Assembly (NCBI GenBank): GCA_045597865.1
Contig: JAZLKX010000040.1
Location: 13,473 to 77,472 of the forward strand
DNA from: Bacilli bacterium
GTDB lineage: Bacteria > Bacillota_I > Bacilli_A > RFN20 > CAG-826
Length of the DNA stretch: 64,000 bases
Direction: 5' to 3'
A program made the position numbers and the translations under genes. Of the stretch, positions 19,825-31,477 are shown piece after piece. Position 1 is the stretch's first letter; each line of letters opens with the position of its first letter. Below the pieces are notes generated by a model, which saw nothing but the letters and a program-made list of their open reading frames with translations, did no database searches and had not been told where the DNA came from.

Positions 19825-22297
19825 ATTTTTGTTCCTCTTTTCTTCTATCGATAAAGTCATGTAGATGTTTAAATAGTATTTCTAAACCAATGTAACCACC
19901 TATGGCTACTATTAATACTACAAATAATACGGCTAAGTTAGGCCCAGTAAGTAAATCGTATTTTAAACCTAATATAGAACTATTTCTAAATGCAAATAAG
20001 TCTGCTAGTACTGCCATTAAACCAACAAAGCCCAAACCAACTGTTAAGAATAATCTATAAATATCAAACGGCATACAAACACGGATTAAAATAGCAAAAC
20101 TAAATATGGAGAATGTTAAAACTGATAACGTTGTTGCTGTATCCATGTCAAACCAATTGAGTGCAAAATAGCCAATAATGAAATAGAATACGACAATTAA
20201 AATTTGAATTATTGATGCTGGTGCTATTTTAAACAAAATATTACGCAAAAACTTTGACTGAATTCTTTCGTCATTAGGTTGTAGCGACAAGAACAATGAG
20301 CCTATACCTATGAAGAGTATTTCCCATAAGTACATATTATTTGTAACGAATGGATACTCGATTAAAGAATCTCTTAAACCCCAGAACAAGAATATTGCGG
20401 TTAAAACAACAGCAAACACAGTTTTGACTAAGAATACCGAGATAGCACGTTGTAAGTTATTAATAACACGTCTGCCTTCTTTAACAACTGCAGGAAGTGA
20501 TGAGAAGTTAGAATCTAATGAAACTAAGTGCGAAACTGTCTTAGCAGCGTCACTACCAGAAGCCATTGCAATTGAACAGTCTGCAACCCTTAAGGCAAGG
20601 ATATCATTAACACCGTCCCCCGTCATTGCAACTGTATGGCCGTCATCTTGTAGTGCTTCAATAATGACTTCTTTTTGTTCTGGAGAGACTCTACCAAAAA
20701 CAACATAATCTCTAACAATATGTCTAACTTCTTCAAGTGGCATACCTTCAAGCGAGATTTGTTTTTCATATCCTTCAATTCCTGCTCTTCTAGCAATCTC
20801 TCCAGCTGATGCTGGGTTATCACCAGTAATAATTCTTATACCAACACCATTGTTTTTAAACCATTCTATATTCTCGTTGGCATCATCTCTAATGTGATCT
20901 TCTAAAACTAGAATGCCTAGCACTTCACCTTCTTCGAGAGGTTCATTTAAAGAGACAACATGTCTTTGTTGAACAAGTATTAAAACACGTAATCCATCAG
21001 CTTCATAAAGTTTGCACTTTTCATCAAGCTCTGGATTGTTGTGTGGAATGAATTCACGGGCACCCATTACGATTGAACGGCCATCTTCAAGCATTACAGC
21101 AGAGAATTTTCTGTCTGATGAAAATGGTATAGCTGAATATGTATCGAATTGATTTAAATTAGCAAATTTATTGATAATAGCCATAGCCGTTGCGTTTCTA
21201 TCTCCAGTTTGCATAACAAGAGTATAAACAATCTTGGCTAAGTCCCTTTCTGAAATGTCGCTTACAGGAATAATGTCGCGAACACTTAAACTTCCATCAG
21301 TTAAAGTTCCGGTTTTGTCTAAACATAAAATATCAGCTCTAGCTAACATTTCGATACAGTACATATCTTGTGTTAAAGTGTTCTGTTTTGCTAAACGAAT
21401 AACGCCTACTGCAAGAGTAACTGATGTTAATAAGTACATACCAATAGGGATCATTGCTACCAAAGAACCAGAAATTGATGCAATAGATTTTTGGAAAAGT
21501 GATCCTGACATACTATCAAGACCTGGCCACTCTAATTTTCCTTGTTTATATGCAACCAAAAACAAACCGGTTGCTAAGATAACAACAAAGAAACCAATAA
21601 CTTTGAAAATGCCTTTAATTGATTGAAGAATTTCTGATTTAGCTTTTTTAAACTTTTTAGCTTTTGATTGTAGCTTTTCGGCGTAGTTAGCTTTTCCTAA
21701 TTCTTCAACCTTATAAAATGCACAGCCAGATGTAGCGAACGATCCAGAATAAACTGCATCACCAACGTTCTTCAAAATATTAACAGGTTCACCAGTTAGT
21801 AAGGATTCGTTAACTTCAATAAATCCCTTAACAATAGAACCGTCACAAACGATTTGACTTCCTTGTCTAAGTTCAACTAAATCAGACAAAACAATTTTAT
21901 CAGCAGTAATTGAACATAGTTTGCCATCTCTAAGAACAGTGACTTTAGGTGCAGAAACAACTTTCAACTTATCAAGTAATTTTCTAGCACGAATATCTTG
22001 ATATAGTCCAATTACAATATTTGCGATTAAAATAACCAAAAACGCAAAGGAAGTAATAGAAATCCTTGCAACAATCATTAGTGCTGCAATTGCAAAAAGT
22101 AAAAGATTCCAGAAATTAATTACGTTTTCGTAAATAATCATAAAATATGATTTAGTAACGTGCTTTTTAGTTTTATTAACTAAGCCGTCTTGTTGACGCG
22201 CAAAAACTTGAGCACTTGATAAACCGTTTTCTACATCAACGGGAAAATCTTCTCTATTGTTTACGACTGTATTTTTTACGCGAATGTGTTTAAACAT
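19811..22297 (-). CDS. P-type cation-transporting ATPase (CtpE-like)
   Basis: ESLLTGE, DKTGTLT, ITGDN and MTGDGVND motifs, with TM helices. Confidence 0.9.
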   Translation of the reverse strand: MFKHIRVKNTVVNNREDFPVDVENGLSSAQVFARQQDGLVNKTKKHVTKSYFMIIYENVINFWNLLLFAIAALMIVARISITSFAFLVILIANIVIGLYQDIRARKLLDKLKVVSAPKVTVLRDGKLCSITADKIVLSDLVELRQGSQIVCDGSIVKGFIEVNESLLTGEPVNILKNVGDAVYSGSFATSGCAFYKVEELGKANYAEKLQSKAKKFKKAKSEILQSIKGIFKVIGFFVVILATGLFLVAYKQGKLEWPGLDSMSGSLFQKSIASISGSLVAMIPIGMYLLTSVTLAVGVIRLAKQNTLTQDMYCIEMLARADILCLDKTGTLTDGSLSVRDIIPVSDISERDLAKIVYTLVMQTGDRNATAMAIINKFANLNQFDTYSAIPFSSDRKFSAVMLEDGRSIVMGAREFIPHNNPELDEKCKLYEADGLRVLILVQQRHVVSLNEPLEEGEVLGILVLEDHIRDDANENIEWFKNNGVGIRIITGDNPASAGEIARRAGIEGYEKQISLEGMPLEEVRHIVRDYVVFGRVSPEQKEVIIEALQDDGHTVAMTGDGVNDILALRVADCSIAMASGSDAAKTVSHLVSLDSNFSSLPAVVKEGRRVINNLQRAISVFLVKTVFAVVLTAIFLFWGLRDSLIEYPFVTNNMYLWEILFIGIGSLFLSLQPNDERIQSKFLRNILFKIAPASIIQILIVVFYFIIGYFALNWFDMDTATTLSVLTFSIFSFAILIRVCMPFDIYRLFLTVGLGFVGLMAVLADLFAFRNSSILGLKYDLLTGPNLAVLFVVLIVAIGGYIGLEILFKHLHDFIDRRKEEQKYDHF

Positions 22298-22368
22298 GAA
22301 TATACAAACGACCTAAAGTTATAAACTTTGTGAAATAAGTATAGCAAATTTTATACACTGTACAAATG

Positions 22369-22824
22369 TTATTTACGCTTTTCTTTGAAAAAGCTTGACA
22401 TCATTTTTCCACATTCTTCCTGAAGAATGCCACCAGTAATTTCTGGATGATGATTTATATTTTTAACTTCAAAAAGATTAAATGAACTAGCTAAAGCTCC
22501 ACCCTTTAAATCAAGTGCGCCATAAACAATTCTTTTTATTCTTGTCCAAAGTAAAGTTCCGGCACACATTGAACATGGTTCGATTGTCACATAAATTGTG
22601 CAATCTTCAAGTCTCCAACTATTGAGTTTTTTGCATGCTTTTCTAATTGCATTAATTTCAGCATGACTTGTTGGATCGTTGCTCTTTTCTCTTAAATTAT
22701 GTCCACGAGCGATAACTTTGTTATCCTTTACGATAATCGCCCCCACTGGGACCTCGTCTAAAGATGCAGATTTTTCTGCTTCTTTTATAGCCATTAACAT
22801 AAACTTCTCGTCTATTGATTTCAT
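22369..22824 (-). CDS. tadA: tRNA adenosine(34) deaminase
   Basis: EVPVGA, HAE, PCSMC and C-terminal FF motifs. Confidence 0.92.
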   Translation of the reverse strand: MKSIDEKFMLMAIKEAEKSASLDEVPVGAIIVKDNKVIARGHNLREKSNDPTSHAEINAIRKACKKLNSWRLEDCTIYVTIEPCSMCAGTLLWTRIKRIVYGALDLKGGALASSFNLFEVKNINHHPEITGGILQEECGKMMSSFFKEKRK

Positions 22825-22831
22825 AAATTAA

Positions 22832-22912
22832 AACCATCGCGCATGACCTGGTCTCCTTAAGGCTGCTACATTCCTGTCCTGACCTGGTTCGAAGTAGACC
22901 ATCGCGATGGCG
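22832..22912 (-). ncRNA. ffs: Small bacterial SRP RNA (4.5S-type)
   Basis: The minus strand reads CCAUCGCG...AACCAGGUCAGGACAGGAAUGUAGCAGCC...CGCGAUGG, i.e. the SRP domain IV signature (GUCAGG, GGAA tetraloop, AGCAG) closed by a terminal stem. TGcTATAAT promoter immediately upstream (-10 at 22918-22923). Confidence 0.9.
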
Positions 22913-22981
22913 AGAAAATTATAGCAAATAGAAAGTAACAAAAAAAGCAGTAATTTTATTTACTGCCTTTAAGTTAAGTTA

Positions 22982-24265
22982 TTATTTCTTGATAGGTTTA
23001 ATGTATTCAAGTCCGCCCATCCATGGTCTTAAGACTTCTGGAATCTTGACGCTTCCATCAGCTTGTTGCATTTGTTCAACTAATGCTGGGAAGACACGTG
23101 AAGTTGCAAGTCCTGAACCATTTAATGTATGAGCATACTTGGTTTTACCAGTTGCTTTGTCACGGTATCTAATCATTCCACGTCTTGCTTGGTAATCATG
23201 AGCAGTTGAGACAGAGCTAACTTCTTTATAAATACCAATTGATGGGATATAGATTTCTATATCGTATGTTCTTGCCATAGAAGCAGAAATGTCTTCTGCT
23301 GCTAATTTAGAAACACGGAATGTAAGACCAAGTTTTTCAAGTAATGAAATTGCTTTTCTAACAAGTTCTTCGAATGCTGGTTGATCGCCTTCTTCTGTAG
23401 TATATTGGAACATTTCAATTTTATTAAATTGATAACCACGAATCATACCACGTTCTTCTGTACGATATGTGCCTGCTTCTCTACGATAGCATGGTGTGTA
23501 AGCAAAATATTTCTTTGGAAGTTCATCTTCTGCGAGAATTTCGTCTCTATGCATATTAACAAGAGCTGTCTCTGCAGTTGGAAGAATGAATTTCTTTGGT
23601 TCTGAATTGCTTAACCAGAATACATCTTCTTTAAATTTTGGGAATTGTCCGGCGACGTATCCACTTTCTTCATTCAACATGTGAGGTGGAAGAATCATTG
23701 TGTATCCATCTTTTAGATGTTCGCTAATGAAGAAATTAAGAAGAGCCCATTCAAGTTGTGCACCAAGTCCAGTGTAAACCCAACAACCATGACCTGACAT
23801 TTTTGCGCCTCTTTCATAGTCGATAAGACCTAAAGATTCACAAAGATCAACATGATTTTTGGCTTCGAAATCAAATTTAATTGGTTTTCCATATTCGTGG
23901 ATAACCTTATTATTTTCTTTTCCGCCTGCTACTAAATCGTCATCTGGAAGGTTTGGAAGTGGCATAAGGAAGTTTTTAATTTCTTCTTCAACTTTGCCAA
24001 GTTCAACTTCATCAGCTGCAGACTTTGCAGAAATTTCTTTAACTTTTGCAAAGATTGCATTGATGTCGCCGCCTTCTTTTTTAACTTGAGGAACAGATGC
24101 AGAAAGTTTATTTCTTTCAGCTTTTGCTTGTTCAACAGAGATGAGCAATTCTTTCCTTTTATCTTGCAATTTAATTAATGGATCAAAATCGACGATACAA
24201 CCTTTTTTAGCAAGCTTTGCAGCAATGCCTTTTGGATCATCAAGAATTAATTTTACATCGATCAT
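22982..24265 (-). CDS. serS: Seryl-tRNA synthetase
   Basis: LPTAE, CYRREAG, RGYQFNKIE, EVSSVS..DYQARR and HTLNGSGLA motifs. Confidence 0.95.
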   Translation of the reverse strand: MIDVKLILDDPKGIAAKLAKKGCIVDFDPLIKLQDKRKELLISVEQAKAERNKLSASVPQVKKEGGDINAIFAKVKEISAKSAADEVELGKVEEEIKNFLMPLPNLPDDDLVAGGKENNKVIHEYGKPIKFDFEAKNHVDLCESLGLIDYERGAKMSGHGCWVYTGLGAQLEWALLNFFISEHLKDGYTMILPPHMLNEESGYVAGQFPKFKEDVFWLSNSEPKKFILPTAETALVNMHRDEILAEDELPKKYFAYTPCYRREAGTYRTEERGMIRGYQFNKIEMFQYTTEEGDQPAFEELVRKAISLLEKLGLTFRVSKLAAEDISASMARTYDIEIYIPSIGIYKEVSSVSTAHDYQARRGMIRYRDKATGKTKYAHTLNGSGLATSRVFPALVEQMQQADGSVKIPEVLRPWMGGLEYIKPIKK

Positions 24266-24356
24266 AATTAAATCCTTCTTTCTTATTTTGAGGGGGTCTT
24301 GATTTTCTCAAAAACCCCCTGTTTTCTCGAGAAATCCCTATGAATTCCCGTATATT

Positions 24357-26918
24357 TTATTCATTTTCAGCTGGAGCTTCTACTGCTTCAACTGGGGCTT
24401 CTTCAGCACCTTCTTCTGCGTCTTCATGTGGGACGACAGTGATGGAAGAAACACGTTGTTTTTCATCTTCTAATCTGATGACTTTGACACCTTGAGTAAC
24501 ACGGTGTGCAATCTTAACTTGTTCAAGCGGAATTCTGATAATGACACCAGTGTTGGTAACCATCATTAAGTCTTCATCACCTGCAACAGCTCTCATTGCA
24601 ACGAGCTTACCGTTCTTGACTGTGCAGTTAAGAGCAGTAACACCTTTTGCACCACGTTTGGTTTCACGGTATTCGTCAACTTCTGACATCTTACCGAAAC
24701 CATGAGATGTGATAACAAGGATGTAATTTCCTTCAAGTGAGGTTGTCATACCGACTGTGACTGCACCATCATCGAGTTCGATACCCTTAACGCCTGATGC
24801 TGTACGGCCAAGTGGACGTGCTTGATCTTCTTGGAATCTAACAAGTTTACCCTTGCTGGATGCAAGACAGATTTTTGCATTACCATCTGTTTGTTTAACA
24901 TCAAGTAATGCATCACCTTCACGAAGTGAAATAGCAATCTTACCATTCTTACGAACTGATTCATATTCTTTAACTGGAGTACGTTTTACTAATCCGTCCT
25001 TTGTTGCGAAGAATAAGAAGTGTCCTTCAGAGTAATCCTCAATTGGGATGATAGACATAATCTTTTCACCCTTTTCAAGGTTGAGTAAGTTTTGAATTGG
25101 AATGCCTTTGGAGACTCTTGAGCCTTCTGGGATCATGTAGCCACGGAGACGATAAACTCTTCCTAAATTAGAGAAGAACATAACGTCAATGTGTGTTCTT
25201 GTGTGTAACATGATTGAGACTTCGTCTTCATCATTTAAGGCTGTGCCACGGACACCACGACCACCACGGTTTTGAGCACGGAATGTATCAGCATCCATTC
25301 TCTTAACATAGTTATTCTTGGATAATGTGACAACGATTTGTTTTTGAGGAATGAGTGCTTCATCTTCGATGGTTGCGGCTTCATCTGAAATATCGGTCTT
25401 ACGTTCATCTGTATATTTCTCTTTAATTTCGAGTAATTCTTCAACGACAACGTCGGTGACATTTGCTTTTGATTCGAGAATATGATGGTATTTTGCGATA
25501 TTTGCTTCAAGTTGAGCACGTTCTTCTTCGAGCTTGCCTTCTTCAAGACCAGTAAGTCTGCGGAGAGTCATAGCAAGAATTGCGGCTGTTTGTTCTTCGG
25601 AGAAACCGAATTTTTCCATTAATGCTTTTGTCGCATCTTCTGGAGTTGCTGATTTCTTGATTGTTTCAACGATTGCGTCAATATCGCCAATAGCTTTAAG
25701 TAAGCCACAAACGATGTGATCACGAGCTTCGTCTTTTGCAAGCAAGAACTTAGTTCTTCTTTCAACAACTTCGACTTGGAAGTCTAAGTATTTCTTTAAA
25801 ATTTCAGTGATAGGTAAGATTTTTGGTGCACCATCAACTAAGCAGAGCATGATAATACCCATTGAAGTTTGAAGTTGAGTCATCTTATAAAGTTGATTCA
25901 AAATAACTTCAGGAATTGCGTCATGTCTAACATCGATAACGATACGAACATTACCTTTTGAAGATTCATCACGAATATCAGTAATTCCGTCGACAACCTT
26001 GTCTCTGACAAGATGTGCGATAGATTCAATCATGTTAGCTTTGTTAACTTGATATGGAATTTCGTGAACAATAATTTGTTTTTTGCCGGTCTTTTCGTTC
26101 TCTTTAATTTCAGCTTTTGAACGAATTGTGATAGATCCGGTACCAGTTTCAAAATAATCTTTGATTCCAGTTCTTCCTAAAATGGTAGCTCCTGTTGAGA
26201 AGTCAGGACCAAAGAGGTAATCTTGCATAATCTCAAGTGGAGTAATTTCAGGATTTCTTGCAACAGCAACAACGGCGTCAATTGTTTCGCCTAAGTTGTG
26301 TGTTGGAATATATGTTGCCATACCAACAGCGATACCATTACTACCATTGACAAGTAAGTTAGGGAATCTAGCTGGTAAGACTGATGGTTCAACTTCTGTA
26401 CCATCGTAGTTGTCAACCATATCAACTGTGTTACAGTTGAGGTCGCGAACCATTTCGGTTGCGAGCTTTGTCATTCTTGCTTCGGTGTAACGCATAGCAG
26501 CTGGTTCATCGCCGTCGACAGAACCAAAGTTACCGTGACCATCAACAAGTGTATAACGCATTGCGAATGGTTGAGCAAGTCTGACTAATGTTGAATAGAT
26601 TGCTGAGTCGCCGTGTGGGTGATATTTACCCATAACATCACCAACGATACGGGCTGATTTCTTATAAGGAGTTCCAGGAACCATTCCTGTAACGTGCATA
26701 CCATAAATGACTCTACGGTGAACTGGTTTACAACCATCACGAACATCTGGAATAGCACGAGCAACAATAACTGACATTGCGTAATCAAGGAAGGAATTTC
26801 TAACTTCTTGAGCTAAATCTGTATCTTCAAGACCAGCTGCGACACCGGCTTCAATTGCAGGAGCTTCTTCATTAGCTTCTTCTTCGACTACTTCATTTTC
26901 TTTTAATTCGTCTGCCAT
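24357..26918 (-). CDS. gyrA: DNA gyrase subunit A
   Basis: YAMSVIV, GKYHPHGD, AAMRYTEAR and the GyrA-box QNRGGRG. Confidence 0.97.
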   Translation of the reverse strand: MADELKENEVVEEEANEEAPAIEAGVAAGLEDTDLAQEVRNSFLDYAMSVIVARAIPDVRDGCKPVHRRVIYGMHVTGMVPGTPYKKSARIVGDVMGKYHPHGDSAIYSTLVRLAQPFAMRYTLVDGHGNFGSVDGDEPAAMRYTEARMTKLATEMVRDLNCNTVDMVDNYDGTEVEPSVLPARFPNLLVNGSNGIAVGMATYIPTHNLGETIDAVVAVARNPEITPLEIMQDYLFGPDFSTGATILGRTGIKDYFETGTGSITIRSKAEIKENEKTGKKQIIVHEIPYQVNKANMIESIAHLVRDKVVDGITDIRDESSKGNVRIVIDVRHDAIPEVILNQLYKMTQLQTSMGIIMLCLVDGAPKILPITEILKKYLDFQVEVVERRTKFLLAKDEARDHIVCGLLKAIGDIDAIVETIKKSATPEDATKALMEKFGFSEEQTAAILAMTLRRLTGLEEGKLEEERAQLEANIAKYHHILESKANVTDVVVEELLEIKEKYTDERKTDISDEAATIEDEALIPQKQIVVTLSKNNYVKRMDADTFRAQNRGGRGVRGTALNDEDEVSIMLHTRTHIDVMFFSNLGRVYRLRGYMIPEGSRVSKGIPIQNLLNLEKGEKIMSIIPIEDYSEGHFLFFATKDGLVKRTPVKEYESVRKNGKIAISLREGDALLDVKQTDGNAKICLASSKGKLVRFQEDQARPLGRTASGVKGIELDDGAVTVGMTTSLEGNYILVITSHGFGKMSEVDEYRETKRGAKGVTALNCTVKNGKLVAMRAVAGDEDLMMVTNTGVIIRIPLEQVKIAHRVTQGVKVIRLEDEKQRVSSITVVPHEDAEEGAEEAPVEAVEAPAENE

Positions 26919-26936
26919 AATTTTACTCTCCTTTCA

Positions 26937-28940
26937 TTAGATGTCTAAGTTCTTAACGAACTTAGCATATTTGTGAATGAACTCTTTTCTTGGTAAGACT
27001 TCATCACCCATTAAGTCTGTAAAGACTTGATCGGCTTCGATAGCATCACTCATAGTGACACGGAGCATTTTACGATGTGCTGGGTCCATTGTTGTTTCCC
27101 AAAGTTGTTCTGCGTCCATTTCACCAAGACCTTTATAACGTTGGAATGGGTATCCAGGTTTTAAAGCGAGTTGTTTTTTGATGTTTTCAAGTTGATCATC
27201 GTTGTAAGCATAATATGACTTACCATGGTAATCGACTTTGTATAGAGGTGGTTGTGCAATGTAAACATAACCAGCTTCAATTAATTCCTTCATGAATCTG
27301 AAGAAGAATGTTAATAAGAGGATTCTAATGTGGCTTCCGTCAACATCAGCATCGGTCATAATAACGATTTTGTGATAACGAGCTTTTTCGATATGGAATT
27401 CTGGGTCAATACCAGCACCGATAGCGACAATCATGTTACCAATTTCAGCGTTTTCGAAGGCTTTTTCTTGAGTTGCCTTTTCAACGTTTAAGATTTTTCC
27501 ACGAAGTGGAAGAATTGCTTGTGTCTCACGGTCACGTCCGTTTTTGGCTGAGCCACCAGCGGAGTTACCTTCGACGATGTAAAGTTCGCACTTTTCTGGT
27601 TCTTTGCTGGAGCAGTCAGCTAATTTTCCAGGAAGAGTTGTGACTTCAAGACCAGTTTTGCGACGGACTGATTCTTGTGCAGCACGTGCAGCCATACGGG
27701 CTTTTGCTGCCATTGTAAGTTTTGCAACAATTTGTTCGGCAACTTTTGGATTTTCCATAAGGAATCTTTCAAGTTGTTCGCCGACGATTTGTGAAACAAT
27801 CTTACGAACTTCGGAGTTACCAAGTTTTGTCTTGGTTTGTCCTTCGTATTGTGGGTTTGGGTGTTTAACTGAGATAATTGCGGTTAAACCTTCCAAAATA
27901 TCGGATGTTTCAAGGTCTGATTGATCATCCTTGAGTAATTTTGCTTTTCTTGCGTAATCATTCATTACACGACGCATTGCAAGTCTGAAACCTTCTTCGT
28001 GGGTTCCGCCTTCATGTGTGTGAATGTTGTTACAGAATGAGAAGATTGTTGGGTTATAGCTCTCGTTATATTGCATAGCAACTTCACAATAGATATGACC
28101 TTTTTCTTCGTCGCCAACCATGTATTTTCCTCTACCTTCGCAATAGATAATTTCTTGCATGATTGGTTGTTTATTAAAGTTAATTGATTGGACGTATTCC
28201 TTAATACCACCTTCGTAGCAGTAAGTTTCTTCTTTAGCTGGAGCAACACGTGCATCTCTTACAACAATTCTGACACCTTTGTTAAGGTAAGCCATTTGTT
28301 TTAAGTGATCACAGATTACATCGTAATCATAGACTGTTGTTTCAGTAAAAATTGTGTCATCTGGTTTAAATGTAACAGTTGTTCCTGTTTGTTCAGCTGG
28401 GCAGTCACCAATTACTTTTAAGTGATCAAGTGGTTTACCACCACGACCAAACTTCATGTAATGGACTTTTCCATTTTTGTGAACGGTACATTCTAACCAT
28501 TCAGACAAAGCGTTAACGACTGATGCGCCAACACCATGTAAACCGCCGGATACTTTGTATCCACCAGTTTCACCGAACTTACCACCGGCGTGTAAGATTG
28601 TAAAGACAGTCTCGACACCGGATAATCCGGATTTAGCAACGATGTCGACTGGAACACCACGGCCGTTATCTTCGACTGTGATGGTGTCGCCAGGGTTGAT
28701 TGTGACTACGATTTTGTCACAGAATCCTGCTAGGGCCTCATCGATAGAGTTATCGACAATTTCCCAGACTAGGTGGTGAAGACCTGCTGCTGCAGTAGTA
28801 CCAATGTACATACCTGGACGTTTGCGAACCGCCTCTAGGCCTTCGAGAACTTGAAGATCCTTAGCAGAATAGTCTGCATCTGGACGATCTTCGTTGGATG
28901 CGTCTACATTTAATTCGACTTGTTCATCTTGTTCTACCAT
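26937..28940 (-). CDS. gyrB: DNA gyrase subunit B
   Basis: [29 protein letters not shown] and MTDADVDG motifs. Confidence 0.97.
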   Translation of the reverse strand: MVEQDEQVELNVDASNEDRPDADYSAKDLQVLEGLEAVRKRPGMYIGTTAAAGLHHLVWEIVDNSIDEALAGFCDKIVVTINPGDTITVEDNGRGVPVDIVAKSGLSGVETVFTILHAGGKFGETGGYKVSGGLHGVGASVVNALSEWLECTVHKNGKVHYMKFGRGGKPLDHLKVIGDCPAEQTGTTVTFKPDDTIFTETTVYDYDVICDHLKQMAYLNKGVRIVVRDARVAPAKEETYCYEGGIKEYVQSINFNKQPIMQEIIYCEGRGKYMVGDEEKGHIYCEVAMQYNESYNPTIFSFCNNIHTHEGGTHEEGFRLAMRRVMNDYARKAKLLKDDQSDLETSDILEGLTAIISVKHPNPQYEGQTKTKLGNSEVRKIVSQIVGEQLERFLMENPKVAEQIVAKLTMAAKARMAARAAQESVRRKTGLEVTTLPGKLADCSSKEPEKCELYIVEGNSAGGSAKNGRDRETQAILPLRGKILNVEKATQEKAFENAEIGNMIVAIGAGIDPEFHIEKARYHKIVIMTDADVDGSHIRILLLTFFFRFMKELIEAGYVYIAQPPLYKVDYHGKSYYAYNDDQLENIKKQLALKPGYPFQRYKGLGEMDAEQLWETTMDPAHRKMLRVTMSDAIEADQVFTDLMGDEVLPRKEFIHKYAKFVKNLDI

Positions 28941-30013
28941 TTAGCATTCCTCCTTGTAATGTTATGCTGTTTCACTTCATATATTGAAGCGTTTTTAACT
29001 GTTGTGTTTGTTGAGGTTATGAACACTTGTCCTAACCCCTTTACAAATGTAACTAATCTTTCTTTATGCTCTGAATCGAGTTCTGACATCACATCGTCGA
29101 GCACAATGATTGGTTTTAGGTCTTTATCCTCAATGAGGAAGAAAGGCGCTATTTTAAGGGCTATAACAGCGATTCTGTTCTCGCCCTGAGATCCTTGAAG
29201 GGAAATATCTTTTCCGTTCAGAATCATCTTCATGTCTTCGCGATGAATTCCGATTTGCGTCATCTTGTGTTTGATGTCGCTTTCTTCATTACGCTCGTAT
29301 GCGCGTGCGCAGGAGACTTTAAACTTGTCATCCAATTTAATGAACGGCAAGTATTCAAGTTTTGCAGTCTCCATTTCACCTTTAAGTTGAGTGATAATCT
29401 TGCTCAAGATTTGGTTTATTTCAGAAATATAAGCCTGTCTATATTTGCAGATTGTCTCCTCAACTTCGATTAATTGGTCAGTGACAACTTTAAGTTGTAC
29501 ATGGTCAATATTATCTTCTTTAAGGATTGAGTTTCTTTCTCGAAGTAGTTTCTCAAAAATCATCAAATTCTCTAAATAGACTGGTGACTTTTTGGAGAGG
29601 TTAACATCGAGGAAATTGCGTCTCACCAAAGGTGAATCACTAAACATAAGCGTATCTTTCGGTTGAAAGACTAATACATTTATAAGTTTAGAAAGATCGG
29701 AAATTTTCTTAACTGGTTTGTCGTTGCAGGTGAACTTTTTGCTAGAAGAGGTCAATAGAGCAACGATATCTTTTTTTATGGTATCTTGCTCGATACTAGC
29801 CTCTATCGTGGCAAATTGGCGCCTATTCTTTATTAATTCAGCGCTTTCTAGTGTTCGGAACGACCTGGCCAAGGACAGAAAGTGAATTGCTTCAACAATA
29901 TTTGTCTTGCCGGCTGCGTTATCACCGATAATGATATTGAGCTTTGGGTCAAACTCTACATCGACATAATCGTAGTTTCGGAAATTCCTGAGGGTAAGCT
30001 TTTTAACAATCAT
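28934..30013 (-). CDS. recF: DNA replication and repair protein RecF
   Basis: [19 protein letters not shown] and LDDVMSELD motifs, in the canonical position. Confidence 0.95.
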   Translation of the reverse strand: MIVKKLTLRNFRNYDYVDVEFDPKLNIIIGDNAAGKTNIVEAIHFLSLARSFRTLESAELIKNRRQFATIEASIEQDTIKKDIVALLTSSSKKFTCNDKPVKKISDLSKLINVLVFQPKDTLMFSDSPLVRRNFLDVNLSKKSPVYLENLMIFEKLLRERNSILKEDNIDHVQLKVVTDQLIEVEETICKYRQAYISEINQILSKIITQLKGEMETAKLEYLPFIKLDDKFKVSCARAYERNEESDIKHKMTQIGIHREDMKMILNGKDISLQGSQGENRIAVIALKIAPFFLIEDKDLKPIIVLDDVMSELDSEHKERLVTFVKGLGQVFITSTNTTVKNASIYEVKQHNITRRNAKW

Positions 30014-30231
30014 CTTTTGATCTCGAATCTTTGACCTAACACTTCAACAATTTCGCCACCTCTAAGTTTTCTTCCTCTTCTGTTGTCTGGCACTGAATCG
30101 ATTCTAACTTCATTCTGTGCTAAGAAACTTTTTGCTTCTCCACCGTTTCCGATGATGTCTGCAAATTTGAGGAACTGACCTAAAGTAATGTACTCAGTTG
30201 TGATAGTAATTTCGGTTGTTTTTTTAATCAT
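30010..30231 (-). CDS. yaaA: S4 domain protein YaaA
   Basis: YITLGQFLK...GGEAK...RRGRKL, between dnaN and recF. Confidence 0.93.
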   Translation of the reverse strand: MIKKTTEITITTEYITLGQFLKFADIIGNGGEAKSFLAQNEVRIDSVPDNRRGRKLRGGEIVEVLGQRFEIKR

Positions 30232-30341
30232 AAAAAAGGTTAAATTTTATCCTCGAGATACATTTTATCATATATAAAATAAAAAGGGAATAATAAATTC
30301 CCTTATTTTGTAATATGTTTATAATGTCGATTTTTCGGCAA

Positions 30342-31460
30342 TTATGAACGCAATGGAGTGAGTAACATTTCGATGGAAGCATCTTTGTTATTTTTAACAA
30401 CAAACGGCTTCATTTCACCGACAAATGCAATGGTGACATCCTCACATTTGCAAGCACGAATTGCGTCTGCAACAAACGAGGCACGGAATGAGATCTCTAA
30501 ATGTTCTCCAGAGAATTGGAAAACTGATAATTTTTCATTAGCGGATCCAACAAGTGATGATCTTGAGATCATTTCTACTTCATCTTCATCCATAATGAGC
30601 TTAACAACACCTTCGTATTCTGCACTTAAAAGTGAGACACGTTCCATGGCTTTTAAGAACTCTTGTGAATTGACTTCCAAGAAGTAATTAAATTTGGTTG
30701 GAATGATGTTTTTTGTATTTGGATATTCACCATTAGTTAAACGTGTTGAAATAACGGAATTTCCAAAGGCAAAAATTGCTTTTTTATCGCTAATAGCGAT
30801 AGTAACTTTTTCTCCACCTTCAAAACTTCTAACAATATCGACGAGTTTTTTAGCTGGAATATTTGCAACAAATTTGACATCTGAATCAATCTCGATTGTT
30901 TTACGAGCAAGTCTAGCAGTGTCGGTTGCTGTTGCAGTGAGCAAATTGTCATGTGCTTCAAGACTGACTGCTGTCAAAATAGGGCGTGTTTCCTTATTAG
31001 AGGCTGCAAAGGCGGTCGAATCAACTAATGCTTGTATATCTTTAGCATCAACTTCTAATGATGCCCCAGAAACGCTTAAATCAACTTGGATATATTCGTC
31101 TGCGCGAATTGAATTTAATTTGAAATTTGATTTTGAATCTTCAATTTTAAGAATTGAGCTATCAACAAGTTCAAATGTGACAGTTTCTTCTTCAAGGTGT
31201 CTAATAACCTCAATTAAGATTTTTGCTGCAACTAAAGTTTCACCTGGTTGACTGTTTCTAATAATTTCTTTATCACCAATCATGAATGGAACAATAGTCA
31301 TAATTGTCATGTTGTTATCAGATCCTGTAATTTCAAGACCTTTTTCAGTTAATGCTAACTTAAAATTAGCTAATATAGGAAGTTCAGCTTTTTGTGGAAT
31401 TGCCTTACTTACAAGGCTAAGTCCTTTCATTAATGCTTCTTTATCAATTGTAAATCTCAT
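30342..31460 (-). CDS. dnaN: DNA polymerase III beta clamp
   Basis: RPILT, ATDTARLA, GEYP and C-terminal LLTPLR motifs, downstream of dnaA. Confidence 0.95.
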   Translation of the reverse strand: MRFTIDKEALMKGLSLVSKAIPQKAELPILANFKLALTEKGLEITGSDNNMTIMTIVPFMIGDKEIIRNSQPGETLVAAKILIEVIRHLEEETVTFELVDSSILKIEDSKSNFKLNSIRADEYIQVDLSVSGASLEVDAKDIQALVDSTAFAASNKETRPILTAVSLEAHDNLLTATATDTARLARKTIEIDSDVKFVANIPAKKLVDIVRSFEGGEKVTIAISDKKAIFAFGNSVISTRLTNGEYPNTKNIIPTKFNYFLEVNSQEFLKAMERVSLLSAEYEGVVKLIMDEDEVEMISRSSLVGSANEKLSVFQFSGEHLEISFRASFVADAIRACKCEDVTIAFVGEMKPFVVKNNKDASIEMLLTPLRS

Positions 31461-31477
31461 AATTATTTATTTCTCCT

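Noticed and set aside
22880-22900. GGTTCGAA tRNA T-loop-like motif
   Set aside because: No cloverleaf; it is the antisense of the SRP RNA.
24266-24356. T-box leader for serS
   Set aside because: Only about 90 nt with one hairpin and no GGTGG.ACC T-box sequence.
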